A stretch of 64,000 bases of DNA from assembly GCF_000150275.1 (NCBI RefSeq), contig NW_002060945.1, positions 2,193,172 to 2,257,171 on the forward strand, written 5' to 3'. Below, piece by piece: positions 1 through 14,300 of this stretch. The translations under genes and the position numbers were made by a program. The notes beneath the pieces were generated by a model. That model saw nothing but the letters and a program-made list of their open reading frames with translations, had not been told where the DNA came from and did no database searches. This DNA comes from Trichoplax adhaerens. Lineage: Eukaryota > Animalia > Placozoa. Within the stretch, counting starts at the first letter, position 1; every line of letters begins with the position of its first letter.

Positions 1-1464
1 TATTTTCTGACGTCATCAATGATTTAAGACTTATAACAATCCATTTAATGTTATAAATTATCCTTTAATGTAATAAGTAATCATTTAAAATGATTTATTA
101 CATAATTATTAATCAGTATATACTTATAATTAGAATAGCAATGGTTAGCATTTAGTACGCTGTTTTACTACTAACATAGAATTTAGTAGCACTCCTTCAT
201 TTTGGCTGTATTAATTTACAGAGTTTTAAATTAATTTATTTACTAAATTATTGATTTTAATCTATCATTGCATTGCACTATTTATGTCAGAATCATTTTT
301 ATAATTACCGAGCGTACAATCATCCCATTATTAACGTATGTACGACGTTTTGATATAAAATTAAAGACATAAGTAAAAGGATAACTTAATAATGTATATG
401 TTAATATATTATATATATATACGCGAATATTAACTTAAGAATGTAGCCATGGACCTGTGCTAGTTCTCGGTATCTTCTCTATAGTCTAATCGCCATAGCA
501 GCTATTATCCTCCTCAGCCCAAGAGCTAAATGGTTTATGTTTCCTTTAAGTACTGATAAACGTCAGTTCTTCAAATTTCCAGTATGAGGCAATATCTGAA
601 CATTTTAAACTTTTGAAATCTGCAATAGTTCCAAATCATGAATTGAACTTCTACAATATTACGTAATAATAACCACAAATACTGGACATTCAAATAGAGC
701 CAGCGACCTAACTGCTGTTGAAATGCATTCATATAATGAATCCAAATTTACAAACGTATAGATTTAAAATTCACGTAGTACAAGAGGCTGATTTAATTAA
801 TTATTATGGTTGAAGATAGTATATTTATCAGATAAATTTTTGAAATTTTACAAGAATTAATTCATCTTCATTAGCATTTAGTAATCTACAAATTCGTAGA
901 TTAGGAAGTATGCCTAAAAATTGAATTCTATTAACCTTAAATATTGAAACCTTACGGAAATTAATTGTATATGACAAATTTCAATATATTGCATCTGTAA
1001 AAAGTCTAGCCTCTTAATGTAAATTATATTTAATGCTTAGGGCTGCAACTTAGGCCTAAATTAACTATTGCTGTTTTCTTATTTAAAAATAAATCTACAA
1101 ATTTTACAAAAATTATAACTAAATAAACATTAAACTCTAAAGTTAACAACTTATGTGAAGTAAAATATCAGGGTTCTGATATATATATATAATATATATT
1201 AGATTAATTCAAGGAAAAGGTTCTTCACTTTGCTCTTGTAAGTAGGGATTTTTATGTACTAATTCGAACGGTTATTATTACAACATGGCTTTTGCAAGAC
1301 AATTCTTAGGGCATTCATACTTGATATAGCTCTAATTTTTCTAAATAAAATACCTACATTCATACGAATAGAGGCCCTTGACATTTATACGCCATTTTAA
1401 GGCAAAATAGATAAATATTATTAATTATGTTTGCACGTTTGAATGCTCTATAAAGGTATGTTGG

Positions 1465-4400
1465 TTAGTGCTTTGAACTCAATTCTGCACATTTATTATG
1501 CATGTCCCAACGAATATTAATGCCCTTAATGGTTAAGCAATCTAGTGCATATTGTTTCTGGATTTTGCATGCGCATACTTCTGCACTGCTGTAAGGACAA
1601 TCATTGCATGTTGTGTTCAAACATAATTGATGATATTTATTTCGATCGATAGTACAAGGCAGGAAATCAACTTGGTAAATCCACATGCAAACTGCAGCTG
1701 CTTTTTGAGGTAAAAATTTTTTACATGATGTTGGTAATAAATGATTACCTTTAAATTTGTTGCAACCTTTGCCAACTTTCCACTTTAGTAAAAAATCTTT
1801 TAATTTGGTTTTACTGTTTCCATTAATAATAGAGATATCGTCATTCTTATTGCCGTTGTAATTGCCACAAATACCACCAACTTTTCCGGCATAATCGGGT
1901 GAAGCGTATACTCTTAGATCAGATTTTTTACTAAATGTTAGTTGCAATCCAAAATTAGTTTTGACTATAATTGATTTCAAGGAAGATGAGGTCTCAATTT
2001 GGAGTAAATTGGATTGGTGATAAGGCAAATTGACGCTGCGTTGATTATATTTTACTCTCATTGTTGGTAATAGTACGATTTGGTTAGAATTTCCAAAGTA
2101 TAGGTAAACATGGCTTAATAGTGGCTTATTATCAGAGCTACGAGCTCCAAACCGGCCTAAAATGGTGAAATTTGCCAGAGCTGGTTTACAACTCTTGGCG
2201 ATGATATATTTGCAGCCGCCATTTATTGGATAATTGTGCTTATCAAATGTTCTAATATGAGCGGAATTAAATTCTTGATAAACTCGGCATGTATCTGTAG
2301 CTGTATTGGAATAATAAATTAGTTAATAAATTCTAAATAGTTGGATACTTTGCTATTCAAACCTTTAAATATCTAAATTTTGTAAAATTACAAAATACCT
2401 GAGAAGCATCTTACTGGACAGCACTTCCCAGGGAGAAAATATGGTTGCTTGCCCTAATTATCAAACATTGGTATTTAATAACTTTATTAGTCAGCTTTAA
2501 CTAAAATATCGACGTCACAGTCAACATAAAGCAATACCGTTAAATACTAAGATTTTGCTGATATTAATCACATTTATCTAGCACAATATGACAATTAAGC
2601 GTTACAATGACTTACGCTAGGGCATAGGAGTGGTGGACAGGTTATGGCTTTGCACTTTACCACGTTATTGTTACAGGAACATGTTTTACAACCTTCTTCC
2701 CATTGGCTTCCATTCTAAATTAGCGGAATTGGCCGTTACGTGAATTTTATTTAGCAATCAAATTAATCAAAATATATTTTAATGACAGTATTTTTCTTAA
2801 TTTATACTATCGAATGCGCAATAAATATCACAGACTACGGTTGTGTAATTACCAAAGAAAGATACGGATAATTCACATTCAGCTACTCTCAGCAATCTAT
2901 CAATGTTTACGAAAATTACTAGACAAAAATGTTTGTTCCTTGTTATGACGTTCAAACTACTACATTACTTTGATATAGAAGCTAAAGTGGTTTTACTTAT
3001 TCAACGAATTAATCTAATTTGCAGCAAGACATAGCAGATCATAAGTGTGAAGACATGAGAATATGATTAAATGTATTGGAGCTACTTCTGTAACTATTAC
3101 TGTAATTAAAATCGGTCTCATGATACTCCACTCATTTACAATATTGTACTTACTTGGTATCTAAAGCCATTCAATTCACAATTTACAGTAGATAACGCTA
3201 AAAAAATGAAATATAAATATATTTATATTTTGTTCTTATAATTCAGCATCACGGTCGCTATGCGCAAAAAGGTATGGTGCTTATAATTTATTATTAAAGT
3301 AATTCTAATAGAAATATCAGGTACCATCGATAGCAAAATTACTGCCGACTCTTTTAGTGATTTAAATATAATTATAAGATATGTATAATATCATAATTTA
3401 AATTTAGTAACTTTATTTGCTTTACCGAGACATTTCGAGCAAGGTTTAGATATTTCTTTTTTGGTTTCACATAGGCTAATGGCTTGGGAAACTTTCTTAT
3501 TGCAAGTTGCTGTAGAGTTCTGTGAATTCATCGTAGCCAAATTGGTATTTTAGTATGTGAGTTAAGATAATATTATTACAGAAATACGCTTTCTTAAATT
3601 TTAAGAGGTTAATATGAGACTCACCCGGCATTTACAACGACTACATGAATCCAACTCTATAATTTGTTCATTCATCATGAATTTATTATTGACTGTACAT
3701 GATCCTGGAAAAATTATTTCTCTCGGTTTAGCTGAAAGTAAATAGAAGGCTCTATCAAAATATTTACAACTTGCGACCTATATAATTGAGTGACTGTAAG
3801 AATTGAAGTCAAATAATTAGCAGACGACTTGAAATCATACTTGAACAGATTTGACAAAATAAACCAGGCTCATATTCAACCACCACTCGTGTTTCTGGAT
3901 GGCAAGATAATATCGGGCAGACTTTTTTCATACATGTCAAGACCTTCCCCTATTTATGCAAATTTCCATTTACAAATAGCTTATTGAGTAACTTCGTTGA
4001 AGCCACTTAGCAGGTATATTAATAACCAAACTCTTGAAATAATAAACTATTAGCTATAATATTAGTAGATGATAGTGATACTAAATTAGTAATTTTATCA
4101 CTTAGTATTTGATTGCAAAATATGTATTATATTGAAATTATAACTTTTTTCTCCTATTAAGATAGCTACTACTGTATAAAATGATAAAAGTTTGGTACCT
4201 TTATATAATTAGTAATTTGTATTGATTTACCTTACAGGTACATATAACGTTTTTGTCTGCTAATGGTGCAAATAATTCTCCTTCATTATATTTTTTCCCA
4301 TGAAATTTGCATTCTAAGTGAAACCAAAAATACCCATTTAATAAGTAAGAGGACCAATAAATTTTCTGCATTTAAATTTGATGTTATATACAAAAACTCT

Positions 4401-7400
4401 TTTATAAAAAACTATCAATAAGCTAAATTATTTTGCTATATAAATATATTGAATTGAGATAATCACTTTCTGCAAGCGCAGTATAAATTAAAAAGATTTA
4501 GCAGTTATCTTAAATTTCAAGTATGAATCAAGATCTAGTTTAACGAAGTCTTAAAAGTCCACAAGATGTAATTACTTAATACACAAGGATGAGTAATACT
4601 TAAGCAATGTAGAAGTGATTATTTTTAGATAATAAGAAGCAAAAAAATATCTATTTAGAATCGACATCTTGTCTTTCAAATTAATACCCTCGTATTTAAA
4701 GTCACTCACTTTCACAGATTGGACATTCATGATTATCCAGATAGATAGGGTTTTTACACGGCACGAAGCATTCGATTTTGTGCATGGTTATTAACCCATT
4801 CTGTATCAATTAAAATGAAAGTATACTCGATGTATAAAGTTATGGCCATGATTAATGATTATGTACTAGATATTACAAATCCGATCATATGTATTAAGAA
4901 GTAAGTTTTTTAAATAGACATAATAGGGGTGAAATACGTTAATCAATCCATGGTCAATGTAGCAGAATTTCTCTATAATATTAGTATTAACTTTCTAACG
5001 ACTGTGTCTTTTGTATTGCAACATGAGATCTGAATTTTTAAACAGACATGAATATATTGCATATCTTGTGGCTAAAATTTATGGTAACTAGGGTGACCCA
5101 CAAGTTAACGAAATCGATACATTAATCTTGCCCTTAGTAAAAGAATACTTCAGTAGAAATTCTTAGGTGAATACCGATTACTCTGCAAATTATTAAATTC
5201 AGTTACTACCGGCTAAATCGAAGTCTTACTTGGCATATTAATCTTTTCCAATAACTTTTCTCACCATCTTTGACTTGAATAGTCCATTTCTCGTCGTGAC
5301 TATAAATGCGATTTTTAAATGTGCAACCTGAAGAAAATGATGGAATACCTCAAATTGTAGCTCATTTACAATACGGATATAGGAATTGAAATTGGTATCG
5401 CAATATGATTATAGATTACAATAAATGCAAGTCTGGTATAATAAAAAAGTGGAAATACGCGTATGCAGTACTCTTTTCAAAGCTATTTAATGCTAATATC
5501 TTTATGAATGCTAGGAAGTTAGGTAGGATAGAAATTCATATTGAGAATTAAGAAAAAAATTAGAATAGTAATTAGTAGTGATAAAATTTGCTTGAAAATC
5601 TGTAGCAATATTCTTTAAGTTATACTGACGCAGCATGTAAATATTTAGTGTGCTATAGTAGTAAGCTAAGCATAATATTCTTATGAGTCAATTTTTATCA
5701 AAAGTAAAATTTGAATTGGTTCTAATGTTTGTTAGCGGCTGTTCATGGAAATTTTTATTCAGTTCATATAAAGGTAAGGACTATAAACTAGTTTATTAAA
5801 TAAGATTTACTGCAACTACGCAGGGTAATATGACAGCAGTTCTATCATGGTTTTTACTTATAAAATAACGGTTGTTATTATGAGTTGAAGAATAAATTCT
5901 GAAGGGAGAATTTATTTAATTCCTTGTTTACTTAATATGTCTAAGAGTAGTAATGCATTCATTCGGAATTGTGACATATCTTTCGAAGCAATTCAATGCC
6001 TAAATATGCTCCAATAATTTTTATTTAATGTGGTAAGACAAAACAGGCATTTAATGCAGGTTTTGAAAAGGAATGCAAATTTTTTGGTGCAGATAAAGAT
6101 TATTTCCGACATGATGGTAAGTAAGGGATTACCTTTTATCATAAAATTGTTTGACGGTAGTAGCATTATATGTGATTTTATGTCTTTGGTATGGCCTATG
6201 GTTGATGATTTAGTAATGGTTGGCTAATATCTGACGTATTCTTAATCAAATAGGAAATGTAATTATTACAGAAAATGACCTGGAGATATGATACTTGTAA
6301 TCATTTATCATTAAGATCATGTAATTGAAGGATTTTCAATTAAGGACAAATTGTAACATCCGGTTAAAATTAATCACGGTTACAAATAGAATATAAATAA
6401 GAAGTCAAGTCTCATTTCGATAGAAGCATATTTAGATATGTATACCACAAATAGGATAAATTAGTAAAAGAATTGTCGTAAGGATCTGTTACGTAATATC
6501 TGCATGTGAAAACGTTTTATTACCTCCGTTACAATGACACGGTAATCAAGGTGCAGAAATTATGATTATATACAGTAAATATTCAAGGATAATCATCAAC
6601 TGAATGAATGATGGACTAAAAATATCGAATTCTAAAGGTTCTTGATATAAAATAACAAGAAGATGTTATTGATATGAATCAAATTTAATCACGACGTAAC
6701 CGTACTCGATAATAAAACAAGTAGCTTCCAATTTTGCATTTAGGATTAGTAATCATACTACTATGCAAGGAAGATAAAATAATAAATGACAAAATTCTAT
6801 TAATGTTACTTAGATATTCTTATCAATTTGATAAATATTAAAATTGCCTTTACCTTTACAAATTCGACAACAGGAGTCTTTTCGATATTCGTAAGTAGTA
6901 CAACTGTCTGGTAATTTAGGACAAGTACTGCTGCAATCTGCAATTTTGTTCTATAAATACAAATTTAGAATTAAGTAAGAATAAAAACTTTATCGAGAGA
7001 CCTAAACTAGATACAAAGTGATTGTCCAAGTTTTTTTGCTCTTAAGTATATTTTAGAATTTCTTATAGTCCATTGACAAGTTCAGTTTACTGTTCAACAT
7101 CTACAGGAGCTACTGTATCACCTACTTTACAGACACATATAATACACAGATTTCTGGTTTTATCCATCAGCGTCTTAATAATTTCCCCTTCTTTTGAACA
7201 TTTAACAGATTCACCCATAATACCTTGACCCGCTGATCGATTTTAAATGAGTAATAAAAATTATTCAATTAATTATTGAATAAAAATATAAAACTATTTC
7301 TAATACGCCAAATGCATATTTTTCGTTATTAGTCAATTTTTGAATTAAAGCTCGTTTTAAGCAAGATAAATGGTTGTAATATATTCTATAACTGTACCTG

Positions 7401-7473
7401 TCATTTTCACTAGTGTAGCCGTTAAGCAAGCCAAAAGTATAATAGCCATCAGATATGAAATTCCCCCTTTCAT
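1465..7473 (-). CDS. BMPER: BMP-binding endothelial regulator / Crossveinless-2 orthologue: signal peptide, 5 VWC domains, VWD and C8-like region; 13 coding exons
   Basis: ATG at 7473. Exon 1 (7398-7473) encodes the signal peptide MKGGISYLMAIILLACLTATLVKMT. Phase-consistent GT-AG exons give GIMGESVKCSKEGEII..LCIICVCK / NKIADC..DSCCRICK / GCTFKNRIY.. / NGLITMHKIECFVPCKNP.. / CMKKVCPILSC / FPGSC..DSCSRCKC / GKCCPVRC. The large exon 1465-2300 encodes the VWD (RTFD..GGCKY..GKVGGICGNYNGNKNDD). The order is colinear with vertebrate BMPER as I recall it. Confidence 0.92.
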
Positions 7474-8299
7474 AATGGCTTAAGAGAAGTTGTCTACTAA
7501 GGTGAGGCTGTCGAAGTTGGAAAATCTTTAATATTGGAAAAAGAAATCACAATCGATAATATTAGTAAATTAGAATATTTTTTTCAACGGATTAGGTTCC
7601 AATTATGGTAATTAAAATATCTGTTCTTTATACTATCTAAATCAGCTAGAAAACGGAATGGCTACTACCAAATCTTTGCGTATATTAAAGTAGAATCTTG
7701 AGCGTTATTTTTGTCTTGAATTGTATCATGTCAATCTTAATAAGAAAAAGTCTGTTTCTAGTAAATTGTATTCCTACATTACCAATATAAGAATATAGGT
7801 GCAAGTTTTTTTATAGATTAACCTTTTATATAATATGGATGTAGTGATATAAAATGTTCCAAATCATAAATTAGAAACATATATTACTAAAATGGAATTA
7901 ACTAAAATTGAAAGTAGGAACTACGAGGATCTAAAATGCTAAAATGATTTTGTTAAATAGGCATAAATAGAATTCAATCGTAAAGGGATAAAATTTAAAA
8001 ATCTGAAGAATGGAAAAATCAAACGATTAGAGCAAGCAGACAAAGCAGATACTAAATATTAATTGCTATTGCAGATTGTATCTACATATATTCTGATCAT
8101 GACCTTTTAAGGATGTTGTCATTGACAGTACTTGATAAGAAGGGATATTTAGCATGACATCAATCATTTAGTCATGGCGGAAATATAAACAATATATAAT
8201 TTAATTTAACATGAAAAATAATATTTTAGCCAGGCAAATAACTGCAACGAAATAAAAAATGTATTATTCACACAATACTATGTTGATAAACATTGTTGA

Positions 8300-8315
8300 T
8301 GGCGCCTTGCTAGAC
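8300..8315. promoter_or_regulatory. Candidate BMP/Smad response element: TGGCGCC, 5-nt spacer, AGAC
   Basis: Sequence tggcgcc-ttgct-agac about 830 bp upstream of the BMPER ATG. A GACGCC lies at 8449-8454 and a second TGGCGCC at 19199-19205. Motif match only. Confidence 0.4.
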
Positions 8316-11300
8316 ATTCGTACATAACTGAATTATCACTAATGTTTTAAAATCGTCTATCATTCTTTTATGTCTATAGTTGATTATGCAACAGTTATTA
8401 CAATAAATGCTCCGCAAGAAATATCGACTATTATCATGCAGCCTTCTAGACGCCTTACTTAAGATCAAATATGAAGATATACATGAATAATAAAGCTAAG
8501 AAAAATTTAATTTTGAGAGGAAGAGGGGGCGGCTCAAAGATTGACAACAAGAATATTTATAGAACATAAATTTGTAACAATATTAATTATTTGATCGTCC
8601 TTTAGGATTGAAATCAACATAAATGATATAAAGAGATGCCGAAATAATACGAACTATTTTCTAACAGCTGTTGACATGATATCAATGTAGAAAAATTTTA
8701 TCCTGATGGACAACTATTAAAATTAAGAAAATAGATCAACTTAGTATTGCTTAAGTAATAATTTTTTCGTGTTTTTTCATTTTCAAAACAATAGTAATAA
8801 GAAAAGTAATCAATTCAGAACAAGGAGATTTGTACATATCGTTAAGATAATAAGAGATTTCAATAACGTACAAGTCTGTGTAGAATAGACGAACTCAACA
8901 ATAAGTTAATAATCATATTATATCAGTGACTACTAGATAAATGATAGAAAGAAGATCTTTCAATTGTTAAGATTTGTTCGTCATGATCAAGTATAGAAGC
9001 TGCCCTAAGTTACGTATATTTTGACAAAATATTTGCATCAAAATATTTCGGTACAGAATTTTAAATTCTTAGAAAGATAAAAAAATTAATTTCTCTAAAG
9101 TAATAGATGAGATTGATTGCTTTGGTCGGATAGTAAGTGCCGCTGTGAAGTAAAGAATAAAAGCGTGAATTTATCAATATCCGCTTTATTTCAGGTTTAG
9201 TTTTCAGTTTGCTAATAAAGAAATACATTATGACTCATCAAATGGTTAAATGGGCACTATACCTTTAAATTCAGTTATAAACTCGATTAACATAAAAGTT
9301 TATCAATAAATTTCCGTAAAATTATCAGAAGTTCGTTAATACTGTATTTAGATTAAACTCAATTTCCAATTTCTAAATGAATTTTAACTTGCATCTTTAT
9401 TTAGTGCCGATAGTATTTACTGTATTAGCTAGAAATTGATTTCAGTATGTGGGTAAGGCAAGGTATACTACTTCTAATTAAAAGTATCAAGCTCATCTAT
9501 TTGTTATTTAAAAAGTCATAAAAATTGAAGCAAGATATGGCATAAGAGTAGCATTATTATTGTTTTCAATGGAAATTACGCCTGCAAGATAGTCAATCTT
9601 GATCTTAAAAATTGTAATATTGCTGTAAAATCATTTTATTAGAGCTTGAGAACGTAGATTTTTCTGCAATTGAGAGAATTAATCCGTTATTTGATGGCTT
9701 TTCTGCATTAATTATTATTTTAGAAATGATTATGATAGCGATTAATGGTTTATAAAGTAATTATTTGATTGAAGATGGATAGTAAGATCTATAATAAGCT
9801 ATGATTGAATCCTTTTACTGATGTTAAAAGGTTGTCACACTTTATGAAAGTGAAAATTACTTGATAATTCTTTAGCAATTTTTGTTTTTGATTTATAAAC
9901 TCTTATTTCGTTACTGACACTTAAGTGATCCATGTTTCATGTGTTCGTTGTTATGTTTTAGAAATGTGCATAAGAACCCGATGTTTTTTAATTCAAATTG
10001 ATTATGAAGCTCTTTAAAGATGAGATAAAATAATTCTGCATAACACAACTTGTATGTAATGGGGCAGGAAAAAGCGAAAATTACATTTTAAACGCGTTTA
10101 AAACAATGCAACTATGGAAGTAGTCGTCTCTTACTGACCAAATAGCAGCTGGATAAAGAAATTAAACACTGTATTACAGTAGTTGTTGACTATTAACTCT
10201 AGATGACTCATTTCTTGTCTTATTTTTATTGATTACAAACTAATTTGACTAAGTTATTCACTAAAACTTCTAAAATGAGCTACGAAATGTAATAGATCTA
10301 AAATATAAGCTGATTAGGCCTTCATCAATAACATAGGATTTCATGTCCAATTCTATTGATCCATTGACTTGGAATTATAAACTAAATGTGACTATTGCTA
10401 ATATCATAAGTATAACCAATCGATTTAGAATCTTTATACGTGACTAGCTATAGATTTACATGGCTATGATGGCTTAGCAGTTTCATGTTATCACTCAGCT
10501 AGACGAAATATCAAACTTTACCATCAATCGATGATCTATTAGTGGCAAAAACATCAATTAACCGTAACTAATAGCAGTTATGTGGAGTGGATTGTGATTG
10601 TATAATCTTGGATATCACTAACGTTAAATATCTAGAAATAGGAAACACGAACAGGAAATTATCTATCGATTTAAAGAGATAATCTAGTGAATTAAAAGTT
10701 CTTTGGTTTATGGGTTTAGAATCATGAATTAATTATACAATAATGTTTACTGTTTCATTTCAGAAAAGAACGAAATCTCATCACCGAAACGTGATGTATT
10801 TTATATAGTGGTTATCAATAAACTTCTGGCTTCCGAACTGAATCGCAATGTTCTTACTTGTACGAATAACGTAATCTTGCAACAGTAGTAGGTGTCATTT
10901 TCTTAGTTAAAGGCTATACATGAATCATAATAATCTAGTTTTGGGATTAATTATAGCATGTAGACAGTGCTAAAGCTTTTGCTATAATCATACTGGCTGT
11001 TCAATTTATCAATTCTACCATATTTTCATAACAAATGATAACCTATTATAAATACTGAGTGTTTGGTTTTTATATCGAAAGATATGGAATTCTATTTAAA
11101 CTTTCTTCTTATTATAGAACAGTCGCACTAACTTGTATAGCGAGATCGGTTTATGATACTGTATTGCGTTACTACATTTTAAACGTGATATTGGAAAATT
11201 ATTTATTCGCTCTTGGTACTCCTCGAAACGTTCGTATAGCAATCCTTTTTGAAACTTAAAACAACAAATCTTCTATAGCAGTTATGCAAAAAACTTTTTG

Positions 11301-14300
11301 GTATTTGCTATAGGATCAATTATGATGTTATTGTTTTGATTTAGCTCTATTTATCAAGTCATAACTATGTTTATTGCTGTATCTGCTACATTTGCTCTTT
11401 ATTTTAAATCTGAATTGTGACCAAGTGATCGATTTTAGAAATAGTATATCAAAAACCGATTCAAATATGCTTCATGATTATAATTACCGAAGTTTTAACT
11501 GCACTATTGTAAATATAAAGGTAAAAATATTATATCAATGCGCTGAAAGTTAAAAGTAATCCATTATGATATTTTATACATCCGTTTTTAGATAATATTA
11601 TGGAGAATAAAGTTAAAAGATTATAAATATAATTTTATAGCTCCCTTCGATCGTGCACATCTGGGTTACTTTTCAAGGTTAAATGATCTATCATGTCCTT
11701 ACCTTGTAGCTGCTGCCTTACTTTTTTACAAATAAAAAAAGACTCTTTATGGCTAATTGAAACTAGAAATGGATGATGGAGATAGAAAGAAGGAAAATGT
11801 CTGACCAAGATGCTCAATAAATAAGAATACTTGAATCATTCAATTGTCGATCTATTTGACAGAATCTAGTATTGATCAAGCCGATAATCGATTATTCTTG
11901 ATAGTCCAAAAATTAGCGGCACTATCAAAATCAGTAACCAGTTGTCGTTGCAGTTAATATAAACGGATATTAAACTTAGCTGGCTTACATGGAGTTTATA
12001 TGGCCTTTTATATACTGGTGCATTGATGAAATTTATTGACACATCATTAAATATTTCCACCCACGCTCTTTCAGTTACTAACTAACCATTCAGGGATAAA
12101 CGTAGATATGAAAAGTAACATAACATGTAAATAGAAATCATATCCTGTATTCTGCTACTCAATGGTGATGATTCACCTTTGTACACATAAAATAGAAATA
12201 ATGGAGCAGAGTTTTAGATGACATTTTATGATTGAAACATCATCCAATAATAAAATAGTGTGATCTGCGAAAAATGGCATGATTGGACAATGATAGAAGT
12301 AGGAAAGGTTAATTGAGAAGGCTTTACTTCCTGTTATAGCTTATCTATGAAGTATATTAAAAGACCATACATACATAAGAGGAATGATTTTTTAATCAGC
12401 CTGAATGTTGTAGTTTTAATAATATCTAATAAGATGAAAATTTCTATTTACTTAAATGATTAGTACCCTTGTAAGGTATTATGGTCAAGTTTCTTTTGCT
12501 AAGTTAATATTATCCATTAATGGAATGCCACAACATGTGTTGCATTATAGCTATTTTATTGACAGAGTTTTTAATTTAATCAATCTCATACTGATGATTC
12601 ATTCGATAGCATCTATGAAACGATGCAAAAGTTAGATTATCTCATTGGAATAATTAATTAAAAAAAGAAGAAATAGATGATAATTGGAGAACCAGATGAG
12701 ATAGGGTAAAATATTATATTTTATAACAAATTATCAAGGAATGCTAATTGCTGAAACAATTTATTTAATCGTATTTGATTAGAGCAAATTTTAAAAGCAA
12801 ATCTTAAAATGATGACTTTGATTTAGATGTCAATCAAGGGAATTAAATCTACGTCTACCTTCTTGTCATTTACGTGCACTCTACACCTTGCACCTTGATG
12901 TAAAATAAATTACACGAGGTATAACCCCGAGTCTTTAAAATCTTTTCACTCTTTTTACCACATTCTATTCATAAATTGCTATTTTAACCTTTGGATGTAT
13001 GATTGTCATTAAATAGTACACATTCTATTCTAATTGGCTATCGATAGTCATAACAGTGATCATGTAGTGCATCTACATATTCATATAATTACCAGAAAGT
13101 CGTTTCTTAGTTTTTATACATATCTTTAGAATTTATTTTATCCGTATCATGCATTGACGCATACCTTAACCAAATAATTATTGTTCAATTTCTATTTTAT
13201 ATCATTTAATCAAATATTAATCGCATATGAACGATATTTTCATTCCATCTTTTATCGATTAAATTTCAAGCAAATTTTACATAAAGCTAATATTTTCCAT
13301 CATTCTTTTCTGATATAAATAAGATTGATGAAAACATGGAATAAATAATCAAGATTAAACTTAATTGTAGTAAGCTGAATAGTCTGTAGATTTCATATCG
13401 TTTAATTTATTGCGTAGTTAATATGCTTATAGTAATTATAATGATAAATGAGGTAATTGAAATTATGACCGCTTAAACTCTTATTAATTGGGCGCGGATT
13501 ATCTACAATTATTAGGCTGTAAAAGTTATAGGCTTTGAAATAGTTCTTTGAAATCAAATTAATATAAAATTGGCAACTATTTACGTTTAATAGAAAGCAA
13601 AATATCTTAAAGTTAGGATTTTTCATCAGTAGAATTGTTGTAATCGCCATATATAATTTGTTAATATGTTTTCATAAAGTCACGAGATTATAGTTACTTT
13701 TGATCACCTAATATTGCCTAAATTCTTTAATATTGTAGCCGACTCGATTTCCTATACTCGAAGATTTTATCATGCCTCTGCTTTGAATAGCAGGGGTAAA
13801 AGAGTTATCAAAATAGACTATAGTTGCTCCTTTAAATTAAGAATTACGATACTGCATGCCATACTCTAGAAAGAAACTGTTATAGCTCAAAAGCTACAGC
13901 ATTATTATGCTCGCCAGATTTGTTTATATGAATAGAATACTAATAGTGTTATAGATCAGTATCTGGCTAATAGAAAGATCACGATCGCGTTAGTAGCATT
14001 ATATGTAAAGCAAATCATATTTAAGTAATGGATTTGGTATTCGTTTTTCGAACGAACGTACAATCCATTAATTTAATTTTAGCAATAATTTATATTAAAT
14101 TATCTAAAAATTTCTACACAGCAAATTGCTAATATAATCATTCTACGTAAGGTAAATTTAAAGTAATTTCTGTGAATGTTCATGTACATTAAGAAGTTTT
14201 ATAAAATTATTTCGGTGAGAAATGGCAAATTAAGTAGAATTATCTGCCGCAACTAATCCAAAATTTACAACTTTATTTTATCGAACAACTGTAGTCGTTT

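Noticed and set aside
430-620. GC-richer stretch with a minus-strand acceptor, considered as a further BMPER exon
   Set aside because: All frames stop quickly, there is no TIL cysteine pattern, and BMPER already terminates at 1465.
1200-1400. Cys-containing fragments (YECPKNCL) downstream of BMPER
   Set aside because: Interrupted by stops, wrong spacing for TIL, and no upstream donor to join them.
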